DNA of 43,991 nt from Polynucleobacter sp. (lineage in GTDB: Bacteria; Pseudomonadota; Gammaproteobacteria; Burkholderiales; Burkholderiaceae): contig JBIILR010000001.1 in NCBI GenBank assembly GCA_044338365.1, forward strand, positions 1 to 43,991. Direction: 5' to 3'. The position numbers and the translations under genes are program-made. The notes under the pieces are model-generated. The model was not told the origin of the DNA. It searched no databases and saw nothing but the letters and a program-made list of their open reading frames with translations. This document shows positions 29,305 through 39,200 of the stretch, piece by piece (position 1 is the first letter of the stretch; every line of letters begins with the position of its first letter).

Positions 29305-30000
29305 ATGCTTAAATTGAAAAGGGAGCAAATTATGATTTCAGCTATAAAAAAATATTACACTTCATTAGTATATGCAGATCATAATCGCTCAAAAAAAGTA
29401 CGCAACACATTGCACGAAATTCTAGCTTTACAAAATAGTAGCAATTTCATTCTAAACATAGGCTCAGGGACGGACAGGATTGCGCCAAATATTAAAAATT
29501 TAGACATTATTAAAGGCCCCTCAGTTGACTATGTGGGATCCGCAGAAAATATTCCTCTTGACGATGAAGTAGTAGATTTGGTTATTACCCAAGAAGCATT
29601 TGAACATATAAAAAATCCAGTCAAAGCAATTAACGAGTGTTTTAGAGTATTAAAAAAAGGCGGATTTATTTATTTTCAAGTCCCATTCATCATAGGTTAT
29701 CACCCCGGCCCTACTGATTTTATTAGATTTACAAAAGAAGGAGTTGAGGATTTTTTAAGAAATGCTGGATTTTCAATAAAAAAAATAGAGATAAGTGTGG
29801 GAGGAGCTACAGGTTATTATCGAATAAGTGTCGAATTTTTTGCAATCTTATTTTCGGGACCCATTAAACAATTCTATATCCCAGCAAAAGGTTTTTTCTC
29901 TCTTTTGCTTTATCCATTGAAATATCTCGATTTTTGGTTTAACTTGTCTGATCAAAGAGATCGAATACCTGGCGGTTATTTCGCTATTGCAGTTAAATAA
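29305..30000 (+). CDS. class I SAM-dependent methyltransferase
   Basis: LNIGSG motif I, QEAFEHI, RVLKKGG, VPF...YH..P.DF.RFT. Visibly very AT-rich. Alternative start at 29332. Confidence 0.8.
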   Translation: MLKLKREQIMISAIKKYYTSLVYADHNRSKKVRNTLHEILALQNSSNFILNIGSGTDRIAPNIKNLDIIKGPSVDYVGSAENIPLDDEVVDLVITQEAFEHIKNPVKAINECFRVLKKGGFIYFQVPFIIGYHPGPTDFIRFTKEGVEDFLRNAGFSIKKIEISVGGATGYYRISVEFFAILFSGPIKQFYIPAKGFFSLLLYPLKYLDFWFNLSDQRDRIPGGYFAIAVK

Positions 30001-30011
30001 TAATCTTCTTT

Positions 30012-30974
30012 ATGGAAAATATTTTATTGCTTTCAGCGGGTCGTCGCGTTGAATTGGCAGAAGCTTTTAGGTTTGAAATAGCCTCAAGATCTTTGGTCAG
30101 TAAGTTATTCGCAACAGAAATTAAACCAGAATTTTCTGCCGCCTGTCAGGTTGTAGATCAATCCCTCAAGGCCCCACGTGTTACCGATCCGGCCTATATT
30201 GACTATCTTTTATCCACTTGTCTTGCACGGGATATTGGTTTGGTAGTTCCAACCATTGATACCGAATTGTTGTTGTTGTCGCAAAACCGTTCGCGTTTCG
30301 CTGCACACGGCATTCATATTGTCATCTCGGATGAAGAACTGGTACACACTTGTCGTGACAAAAGACTAATTGCAAATTTGTTTGCGCAAATGGGTATTGA
30401 TACGCCCAAAATTTACCCTAGAGAAAAAATTCAATTCCCGTGTTTTGCAAAACCATATGATGGTAGTTGCAGTATTGGCGCCTTAGTTCTACGTGAACCC
30501 CAAATGCTATCAAATGCTGTGGCGTCAGATAAAAAAATGATGTTCATGGAATTGATTGAAGATGGCTTTGATGAATATACCGTGGATGCTTACTTCAATA
30601 GGCGGGGTATACTTTGTTGTTTTGTGCCGCGCCAACGAATAGAAACTCGTGCAGGCGAAGTAAGTAAAGGCGTTACTCGAAAACACCATGTCTATGAATA
30701 TTTATTAGAGAAACTACCTGCATTGAGGGGGGCGAGGGGTTGTATCACTTTGCAGTTGTTTAGTAACGCCACAACTGGGCGCTTTGCAGCGCTTGAGATT
30801 AATCCACGGTTTGGCGGCGGCTTCCCTTTATCTTACAGCGCTGGAGCCAACTACCCCGGTTGGTTGATTGATGAGTATTTGTTGGGGCGCGATATTTCTT
30901 TCTTAGATAGCTGGGAGCCGAATTTATTGATGCTCCGCTATGATGCAAAAGTATTGACGCACGATGCAATCTGA
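30012..30974 (+). CDS. ATP-grasp protein (carbamoyl-phosphate-synthase-like, polysaccharide-associated)
   Basis: LLSAGRRVEL, VPTIDTEL, CRDK, FAKPYDGSCSIG, EYTVD, EINPRFGGG. Confidence 0.85.
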   Translation: MENILLLSAGRRVELAEAFRFEIASRSLVSKLFATEIKPEFSAACQVVDQSLKAPRVTDPAYIDYLLSTCLARDIGLVVPTIDTELLLLSQNRSRFAAHGIHIVISDEELVHTCRDKRLIANLFAQMGIDTPKIYPREKIQFPCFAKPYDGSCSIGALVLREPQMLSNAVASDKKMMFMELIEDGFDEYTVDAYFNRRGILCCFVPRQRIETRAGEVSKGVTRKHHVYEYLLEKLPALRGARGCITLQLFSNATTGRFAALEINPRFGGGFPLSYSAGANYPGWLIDEYLLGRDISFLDSWEPNLLMLRYDAKVLTHDAI

Positions 30975-31638
30975 ACCGCTTTCGATGGTCATCGTTTTTG
31001 ATTTGGACGACACCCTTTATAAAGAAATTGACTATCAAGCTTCTGGTTTTAGAGCAGTTTGTGACTGGATATATGATATTTATGGATTGGATTTGACTCT
31101 TAATTTAAAAAAATTACTTGCATCAAGGACGTCTGATGTTTTAGGTGGGCTGTGTCAATCAGCAGGATTACATTCATCGGTCAAGGAGACCCTATTGTGG
31201 ATATATCGTATTCACCAGCCAACGATCCAATTAGCGCCTGGCGTTACTCACTTTTTAAATGAATTGGAGGCCAACTGGCAAGCTGCCATCCTCACAGATG
31301 GACGCTCTGTCACCCAAAGGCTTAAACTCAAAGCCCTAGGTTTAGATCATTTGTCGATATATATCTCAGAGGAATATGGCTCAGAAAAACCAGCCCCTGA
31401 TCGCTTTGAGTTGATCATGCGCGAAATCCCAGCAGCTCGGTATATGTACGTGGGCGATAATCTAGAAAAAGACTTTATAGCGCCAAATAAATGTGGCTGG
31501 GTCACAGTTTGCCTGCGCGATAATGGTAGTAATATTCACAAGCAAATACCTACAGAAAAATCAATTAATCAAAAACCAAAATTTTGGATTGAAGATTTTT
31601 CTGAATTAAAAGCGATAATTAAGTATGAATCTATATAA
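30964..31638 (+). CDS. HAD-superfamily hydrolase
   Basis: Motif I FDLDDT, motif II LTDG, EKP, motif IV GDNLEKD. Confidence 0.87.
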   Translation: MQSEPLSMVIVFDLDDTLYKEIDYQASGFRAVCDWIYDIYGLDLTLNLKKLLASRTSDVLGGLCQSAGLHSSVKETLLWIYRIHQPTIQLAPGVTHFLNELEANWQAAILTDGRSVTQRLKLKALGLDHLSIYISEEYGSEKPAPDRFELIMREIPAARYMYVGDNLEKDFIAPNKCGWVTVCLRDNGSNIHKQIPTEKSINQKPKFWIEDFSELKAIIKYESI

Positions 31639-32449
31639 CTTCAAGTATTTACGTGCTATTGCATTGCCATTACTTAAAAAATTTAGTTTTGATATTAAGA
31701 TAAAGCATCATTGGGTACCTAATGCAACGCTCAAATTAAATACATTTAAGCACAAAGGGTATTGGTACCATGGGAAGTCGCGGGAACATGACACGATGGC
31801 TATTTTCAAAGAATTAATAGGCAAAGATGATGTTGTCGTAGAAGTTGGTGGCCATATTGGCTATATCTCAATTTTCTTTAGCTATCTTGTTGGGCAGAAT
31901 GGCGCGGTAATTGTATTTGAGCCAGGCACTAATAATCTACCTTACATTATTGAAAATATTAAAAATGCCTCATTTAAAAACTATGCCATCAAGCAAATCG
32001 CCATTGGTCAGGAGGAGGGTATGGCCACCTTTTATGAAGATGATCTCACGGGACAAAATAATTCTTTAGTTAAGGACTTTAAAGGCTTTCGAGATAATTC
32101 AAAATATTCATTTGTCGATGCTCAAATACATGAAAAAAATGTAACAGTCAGAACCTTGGATTTGGAATTTGATGACAGGGCAGTAGACTTTATTAAAATG
32201 GATATTGAGGGCGGTGAATGGCCTGCGATTTTAGGGGCCCAAAAATTAATTCTAACTCATAAACCAATAATGATGGTGGAAATCCAAGCAGATCAAAATA
32301 GTATCTTCCAATTTATGAGGAATCAAAACTACATTGGTTTTAACGATCAAAAAATTATCATCACACAATCCGACAAATTAAAGGGCAATATTTTTTGGCT
32401 AAACAAGTCAAAGCACCTTCATCTGATAGAGAGTATCGGATTGAAGTAA
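31625..32449 (+). CDS. FkbM-family methyltransferase
   Basis: VEVGGHIGY, FEP, IKMDIEGGE. Confidence 0.85.
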   Translation: MNLYNFKYLRAIALPLLKKFSFDIKIKHHWVPNATLKLNTFKHKGYWYHGKSREHDTMAIFKELIGKDDVVVEVGGHIGYISIFFSYLVGQNGAVIVFEPGTNNLPYIIENIKNASFKNYAIKQIAIGQEEGMATFYEDDLTGQNNSLVKDFKGFRDNSKYSFVDAQIHEKNVTVRTLDLEFDDRAVDFIKMDIEGGEWPAILGAQKLILTHKPIMMVEIQADQNSIFQFMRNQNYIGFNDQKIIITQSDKLKGNIFWLNKSKHLHLIESIGLK

Positions 32450-32466
32450 TAATTTTAAACAGCAAA

Positions 32467-33708
32467 ATGCTTAATACCCCCTTTGCCCCTTGGCCCCACT
32501 TCACCGAAGAAGAATCTTTAGCCGTTCAGAAAGTCCTCCTCTCCAATAAAGTCAATTACTGGACGGGGGATGAGTGCCGTCAATTTGAGACTGAGTTTGC
32601 TAAGTGGTGTGATGTACCTTATGCCATTGCGCTGGCCAATGGAACCTTGGCGCTGGAATTAGCTCTTAAAGCCCTGGATATTGGCCCCGGCGATGAAGTG
32701 ATTGTTACACCGAGAACCTTTATTGCATCGATTTCATGCGTAGTTGCTGTGGGAGCAACTCCGGTCTTTGCTGATGTTGACCTGGAAAGTGGCAATATCA
32801 GCGCCGCAACGATTGCTAAAGTATTAACTGCCAAAACCAAAGCCGTGATTTGCGTTCATCTTGCAGGCTGGCCATGCGATATGGATCCCATTATGGATTT
32901 AGCTAAGGCGCACCATTTCAAAGTAATAGAAGATTGTGCCCAAGCCCATGGAGCGCGTTACAAAGGTAGGCCAGTAGGCTCGATTGGTGATATTGACGCC
33001 TGGTCTTTTTGCCAAGACAAAATCATGAGTACGGGCGGCGAGGGCGGCATGGTCACCACCCAAGATGAAGCCCTTTGGTCACGTATGTGGGCATACAAAG
33101 ACCATGGTAAAAGTCATGAGGCTGTATATAAAAAAACACATCCACCCGGATTTCGGTGGCTGCATGAGAGCTTTGGAAGCAACTACCGCATGATTGAAGT
33201 GCAAGGCGCTATTGGTCGTATACAGCTCACGAGGATGACGGAGTGGACAGCAGCACGCAATCGAAATGCCAAGGCTATATTTGAAGCGGCGGCGGCATTT
33301 TCAGGGCCAAATCAGCCTTTACATATACCAGAGTTTCGTTGCATCAGCTGCCCAGCCAAAAAAGGTAGCCCCTGTAATGCAGGGTGCATACATGCACAGT
33401 ACAAATACTATTTATACGTTCAGCCAGAGAACCTAGCGCCCGGGTGGAGTCGAGATCGCATCATTGCAGAAATCAATCAGCGAGGCGTACCCTGTTATCA
33501 AGGTTCCTGTTCAGAGGTGTATTTAGAAAAAGCCTTCGATGGAACTGGATTTAGACCCAAAGAGGGCTTACCTAATGCAAAATTGCTAGGTGAAACTAGC
33601 ATCCAGTTTTTAGTACACCCCACATTGACTGCGGATGAGATTAAGCTAACCCAAGATGTTCTGCGTGCGGTATTGGCACTTGCTAGCTCAACTGCATCTG
33701 CACATTAG
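32467..33708 (+). CDS. DegT/DnrJ aminotransferase for UDP-4-keto-6-deoxy-HexNAc (Neisseria PglC / PglE / WlbF-like)
   Basis: Start placed at ATG 32467. LSNKVNYWTG, HLAGWPCDM, EDCAQAHGA, WSFCQDKIMSTGGEGG, GSCSEVYLEKAF. Confidence 0.88.
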   Translation: MLNTPFAPWPHFTEEESLAVQKVLLSNKVNYWTGDECRQFETEFAKWCDVPYAIALANGTLALELALKALDIGPGDEVIVTPRTFIASISCVVAVGATPVFADVDLESGNISAATIAKVLTAKTKAVICVHLAGWPCDMDPIMDLAKAHHFKVIEDCAQAHGARYKGRPVGSIGDIDAWSFCQDKIMSTGGEGGMVTTQDEALWSRMWAYKDHGKSHEAVYKKTHPPGFRWLHESFGSNYRMIEVQGAIGRIQLTRMTEWTAARNRNAKAIFEAAAAFSGPNQPLHIPEFRCISCPAKKGSPCNAGCIHAQYKYYLYVQPENLAPGWSRDRIIAEINQRGVPCYQGSCSEVYLEKAFDGTGFRPKEGLPNAKLLGETSIQFLVHPTLTADEIKLTQDVLRAVLALASSTASAH

Positions 33709-33718
33709 CGTAAGCAGG

Positions 33719-34666
33719 ATGCATCAACACTCATTGAATGTATTTGGTATTGGCAAGCGCAATGCACTGTTAGAGTTAATTAAGCTGGAGTGCCAAGAAG
33801 TGCAAGTGCGCCTTATTGGTTATGATGCCTCCAGCTACTGCCCAGCGCGCGATGCTATTACCCCCGAATTTTTTACTGTGCCACTGGCTTCGTCAAAAAC
33901 CTATCTAGGTACTGTTACCGATTTACTCGCAGCAAATCACTCCATCGGCCACTTCTCGATTATCGACCCTGAAATACCTCCATTAGGGCAACTAGAACAG
34001 GAGGGTCTCACATCATCCCAATTACTCAATGCGCCGTACTCAACGGCACTTGTTTGCCAGGATAAATTACTGTTCTATCAAGCACTAAAAGACTCTTCCA
34101 TTGCTGTAATGCCTACGAGTTCAGAGCCCATTTTTGATTATCCCTTTATCACTAAAGACAGATTGGGATCTGGCGCAAGTGGTTTTAAAGTATTTGCAAA
34201 TACAAAAGATAAGCCTGACTCAATTGATACCGCTAAAACTGTATATCAGCCTTTTTGCGATGGCCAGCACTATTGCATTGATGCGTATTACTCGATTTAT
34301 ACAGGTCGTTTAATTGACTATTGTGCAAAGGAAGTATTAAGTAAAAGCAATGGCGAGTCGTATTCCTTGCGTTCTGTATCGCCCGACATTTTTTTCGACC
34401 TATTGCATGGAATTTCAGAGGTTTTACCGATGCGCGGTATTGTGAACCTTGATATTTATGAACAGAACGGGAAGCTGACTGTTCTGGATCTCAATTGCAG
34501 AATCGGCGGCAATTATCCGGCATCGCATTCCTTTGGCTGTAATTTACTAAAGCCAATGCTGCGGGAGCTACTTACGAAATCCCCAGCTGAGCCACACTTT
34601 TCAGCGTATGTAGAAGATAAAGTGATTTCAAAATATTTTGCATTTACTCAGCCGTATACTCTTTAG
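33719..34666 (+). CDS. second, divergent ATP-grasp protein
   Basis: Start placed at ATG 33719. GIGKRNALL, IIDPEI, CQDK, KDRLGSGASG, DLNCRIGGNYP parallel the motifs of 30012-30974. Confidence 0.75.
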   Translation: MHQHSLNVFGIGKRNALLELIKLECQEVQVRLIGYDASSYCPARDAITPEFFTVPLASSKTYLGTVTDLLAANHSIGHFSIIDPEIPPLGQLEQEGLTSSQLLNAPYSTALVCQDKLLFYQALKDSSIAVMPTSSEPIFDYPFITKDRLGSGASGFKVFANTKDKPDSIDTAKTVYQPFCDGQHYCIDAYYSIYTGRLIDYCAKEVLSKSNGESYSLRSVSPDIFFDLLHGISEVLPMRGIVNLDIYEQNGKLTVLDLNCRIGGNYPASHSFGCNLLKPMLRELLTKSPAEPHFSAYVEDKVISKYFAFTQPYTL

Positions 34667-34782
34667 CGCCGTGATATTAGCGTATGCCACAAATACCTTC
34701 AAGCGTTCAATAGTGATCAATATGGGCATTTCATTACCATTCTTTAAAGTGCTGTGATAACGAACAGAAATGAATAAGCTTA

Positions 34783-35169
34783 ATGTCTTTTAGAAATAAA
34801 ATACCCGCTGTAATATCCCTCGTCAAGTTGGCATTTTGGTCTACTTGGATCGTATTAACTTGTTTATTCTTAATGCCTCCTAAGTTTCTGCCACCCGATA
34901 TATTTGACTGGTGGGATAAATTACAGCATGCCTTGGCTTTTGGGGTACTGACTCTGCTTGGTTTGGTGGTCTATGGCCGCAACTCCACATCCATTATGCG
35001 GATGACCATTGCAATGGCGTTCTATGGAGTCCTAGTTGAAGTATTGCAAGCACTATCGGGCTGGCGCTATGGGGAGTTTAGCGATTGGATCGCCGATCTT
35101 GTGGGGGTAGCAATAGCGTGGGGTATCTTTACCTACCTGCAAAAGAACATAAATCCATCTGTGCATTAA
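34783..35169 (+). CDS. VanZ-family membrane protein
   Basis: DKLQHALAFG, VEVLQAL, R.G...DWIADLVG. About four TM segments. Confidence 0.85.
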   Translation: MSFRNKIPAVISLVKLAFWSTWIVLTCLFLMPPKFLPPDIFDWWDKLQHALAFGVLTLLGLVVYGRNSTSIMRMTIAMAFYGVLVEVLQALSGWRYGEFSDWIADLVGVAIAWGIFTYLQKNINPSVH

Positions 35170-35271
35170 GCAGTTTTTATTTAGCCAGCAACAATCCGCT
35201 TTTAATACAACTAAGTTCAGCTTCAATAGGATAAATAGAACAGACACCACTGCGTGTGCTCGAGCTTCACC

Positions 35272-36192
35272 TTAATTCCTTACTGGTAGACTAGAGCTTG
35301 CCACTTGAGGATTGGCTTTCGGCACTAAAGCCTGCAAGGGATTAATCGGAATGCCCTGAAACCGAATCTCGTAGTGCAGGTGAGGGCTGGTGGATCTGCC
35401 GGTATTGCCAACATTGGCGATGACCTGGCCACGCTTAACGGTTTCACCGGCTTTGACTGCAAAGCGACTGACATGGGCGTAGCGGGTGGTAAATCCGGAA
35501 GCATGCTCAATCTCCACATACTGCCCATTGTGGCGATCGACATCGACTTTTGCAACAACACCATCGCCGGTCGCCACAATGGGCGTACCGTGCTCTGCCT
35601 TGAAATCAATGCCGGCATGGTGAGTTAATGTTTTGGTGAATGGATCGATACGGGTGCCGTAATCGCTGCTCATGCCCTTGTGCTGCGCAACTGGAATGCC
35701 TGTAGGCAATTGATGCAAGACCCGCAATTCACTAAGCCACTGCTGTTCAGCAATCGCAAGGCGCTCATTCATGGCGACTGCAACCGGTAATAAATCGGCC
35801 GGCTGACCAGAATCGATCGGGCTAAACAGCAAGCTATTGGCTGGCGCAATGCGCTCTTGACTTACTTTACCGAGCTGAGCAGGTAAGGGGTTGGCAAGGC
35901 TAGCGTACTGATCTTTGAGGGTTTGCATGGCCTCGATGCGCTCATGCAATTGCAATAATTGATTGCGTAGGGCAAGCGCATTATTGTCAGCACCCCACAA
36001 AACCCCCGGAGCAAAGCCAGTCCAATTCGCAAGGGCGAGGGCAGAAAACACCAAAAGGAGGAAGGCAAAAACCCCCACCAGAACCTGCATTGCGCTCAAA
36101 TGGATGCGATGCAGGCGAGCGCAGCCGCGCTGCCAGAGGCCCACTGCGCGGACGTGTAGCTTGGGGGAAGGGGGAGATGGATTCACAGTCAT
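35272..36192 (-). CDS. M23-family zinc metallopeptidase with N-terminal membrane anchor and coiled coil
   Basis: SSDYGTRIDPF, HAGIDF (HxxxD), YAHVS, GNTGRSTSPHLHYE (HxH). Start placed at ATG 36192. Confidence 0.88.
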   Translation of the reverse strand: MTVNPSPPSPKLHVRAVGLWQRGCARLHRIHLSAMQVLVGVFAFLLLVFSALALANWTGFAPGVLWGADNNALALRNQLLQLHERIEAMQTLKDQYASLANPLPAQLGKVSQERIAPANSLLFSPIDSGQPADLLPVAVAMNERLAIAEQQWLSELRVLHQLPTGIPVAQHKGMSSDYGTRIDPFTKTLTHHAGIDFKAEHGTPIVATGDGVVAKVDVDRHNGQYVEIEHASGFTTRYAHVSRFAVKAGETVKRGQVIANVGNTGRSTSPHLHYEIRFQGIPINPLQALVPKANPQVASSSLPVRN

Positions 36193-36205
36193 AGTGTAAA
36201 GCCGA

Positions 36206-39200
36206 TTAATCTGGACCCGCACTCAAGGCCCTCGAATCGCGGGTACGGGTCATGTCATAGAGCTGGTACTTACGGAAGAGCATAGCGCCACCATCCCGAA
36301 TTAAAGGCGTAAACAAGAGATTGGCGCTCGAGTCGCTGTGCTTGGCAAAGAAAGCATCAAACGGAATCGTCAAATATACGCCCTTATCAAAACTGCCCTC
36401 GCCAAACTGCGCATAATCGACATTGGTGCGGGTGGCATAAGCACCAATTTTCACGCCATTCTGAAAGACTCGCGACAGATCTAAGGTGCCACCCACATCC
36501 CCAGCCAAATACTTACCGTAGCTAAGCTTAACTAAAATGTCTTGCACGCCGGTATCCCAGTAGGTGGTGAGGTGACCGGTGGTCACTGCGTAGTTTTGCA
36601 GGGAAGTCCAGACATTAAATTGGCGCTGCCGTACGCGGTTAATGTCAGCTCCCACAGCAATTTTGCTATTGGCAGGCCGCCATAAATACTCGCCGCCCAC
36701 GCCGGCAAACATCATCTCCAAATAACCAGCGTACGCGCTGACAAAATGGTTATTGGCCAATTTGCCGGTATTGGTTAATTGCAAATTGGGCATGGTAGCA
36801 ATCGATTGCGTCATGTATTGCCGTATATCGGTACGCACCGGTTGCAGACCGGTTGGCGGCGGATCGTAATTGTATTTACCAAAGTTATCAATCAATCGGG
36901 TATTGACCGTGCCGGTAAGCCACGTGTTCTCACGGAACTTATAAATGGCATCACCGCGTATCCCTAAAGAAAAGAGCAGCGGATCATCGGGGCTACCCAC
37001 CACCTGCGCATAGGAAATACCAATATTGGTTTGCAGGGGCTTACGCTTGAGCTCATCTACCATCATGGGCTCGGCTCGTGCCGTGCCAAGGGAATTGGCA
37101 GCCCTAAAGAAGGGGTTGCCACCATCGGCAGGCAGTGATGCCGTGCTTTCAGGAACAATCGAAGGCACGCGTTGCGTTGGTGGCAAGAGCTGGGTATTCT
37201 CGAGCATCCACTGCTTTCGATTGACCTTAAACTCCGAAACCAACATGCCCCAGTTGTAAAACTGAATCGTAAAGGATTCGATGTGGGCTGGTGCATCGCG
37301 GTGCAATACCGCAATACCGCGGTTTAAGCGGCTACGAATAAACACACCACTGGCATCGAGCAAGTGCACGGTCCACTGCGCATGATTCCCTTGCAAACCT
37401 TTCACCTGCCACTCGGTTTGGGTCTCAAATTCGAGTAAGGTTGGATTGTAGGCAGTGGTGATATTTTGTTTACCCAATGCGGCGCTACTGGGCGCTGCGC
37501 TCAGGCGATTTGCCGCAGGGACTTCTGTGGCATTGCTCTCTGTTGCAAGTGCACTGGTTTTTGTATTGCTAGTATTGATGGCTGTTGTTGGCATTGCTAC
37601 TGCTGCTACTGCTACTGGTGCTGACTCCGCCACTGGTGGCGATATGGGCGATGCTGCTGTCGGTATCCATAAGGCTGGGTTGGTCGGCTGGTAGTTGCCA
37701 ACGGCCTTGAGGTCAACCGCAACTGGTTTTGCTTGGGCTAACTTGGGGGTATTGAGTAAATCCAAACGCTCACGCAGGCTGATGGTGAACATCACTTGGC
37801 TATTGCCGATTACGCCCACTGTAAAGTCGGCATTTTTGGCTTGGTAAGTTGCGCCGTAGTTGAAAACGGATTTATTGGGCAAGGTCTCGCCGTAGGGAAG
37901 TTGTTGGTAGTTATTGCCATCTGCTTCAAGTTTGAGCACCAGGTTCTTCCACGGCGTGTGGTATTGCACGCCGCCAAAGAGGGCAGCCGTACCATGAAAA
38001 AATCCGCCAGTGGAGGTGCCGCCCTCATTGCTGGTACCGGCATTACGGGTAGCAAAGTTTTGACCAAAGGCAGTTACAAAGGGATTGGTAATATTATTAC
38101 GCGTACCCAGCTGACCCCAGCCCATACCTACACTAAAATCGAAATTCTGGTGGCGCTTATTGGCGACGACGTACTCACCGCTAAACAAACCGGTGCCCAG
38201 TGCATCGCGCACGCCAACGGCGACGCTGGGCAAGTAGTAATTTTCTTTAATGACTTGCAGCTTTAAGCCGACGCTTTTGTCTTTATTGGTCTGAGTGCCA
38301 CCCGAGGCGGTATAGACCACATTATTCATATTGGTGTACCGAATAATGAATTCCAATTCATCGAGCGGCGAAAAGAATAAATTGACGTTGGTGTAGGGAT
38401 TAAACCAACCGACGGTAATGGCTCCGGTACCGGCTGGCATGGTGCGTGCAGATGGGGTTTGCAGTAAACCGGTTTCACCCCACACGTTGGCCGAGAGGGG
38501 TAAGTCGCGCGCGACGCTATAGAGCGTGCTTGGCGCAATCGATGGCAGACTGCCGCGCACGCTTGCCTGCGCATCTAAGCTACTAGCCAAACCCGATGGA
38601 CCTTGCACTGCTAGCATTTGGGTGAGCGCATCAGTAAAAGCGTCACCGTTTGCATTTGTCCACTGCGACCAGCGCGGCGGCGCCCAAATCCAGGAACCAG
38701 GGGCAGGCAAATTTTGAGCGGTGCTATTCCAGCTAGCAATGGATACTTTTTTAATCATGCCATCGGGCTCGATAATCCATGCCCAATCGGCGCCAGAGGG
38801 AACTGACTCGGCTGACTTACCGCGCAACTTACAGCCTTCAATGTAAAAGCGCGCTTCCACATTGGGGCGATAGCGAACCGAGCAAATCGAGCCGTTACTG
38901 CGAATAATGCTAATACTGCTTGGGGTAGGCGGCACAATTACCTGATCGCCTTGCTCCAAAATCGGATCAAGCTTGGGGCTGACTTCTAAAAAGCGGGGAT
39001 TGCTAGAGGGTAGCGGTACTCGGCCGGTAGCTTGCATGCGCTGAATTAATTCCAGCATGGCTGCCTTTTGTTTTTGCGCTGCCGGCGTATTGGGAAAATT
39101 GATCTTTTGTAAGGCAGCAATCAAGGATTGTTTTTGCGCTTCTTGGCTTGCGCGCTCGGTAGAGCTAAGCCAACTGCTGCCCAGGTAATAGGGCGTAACC

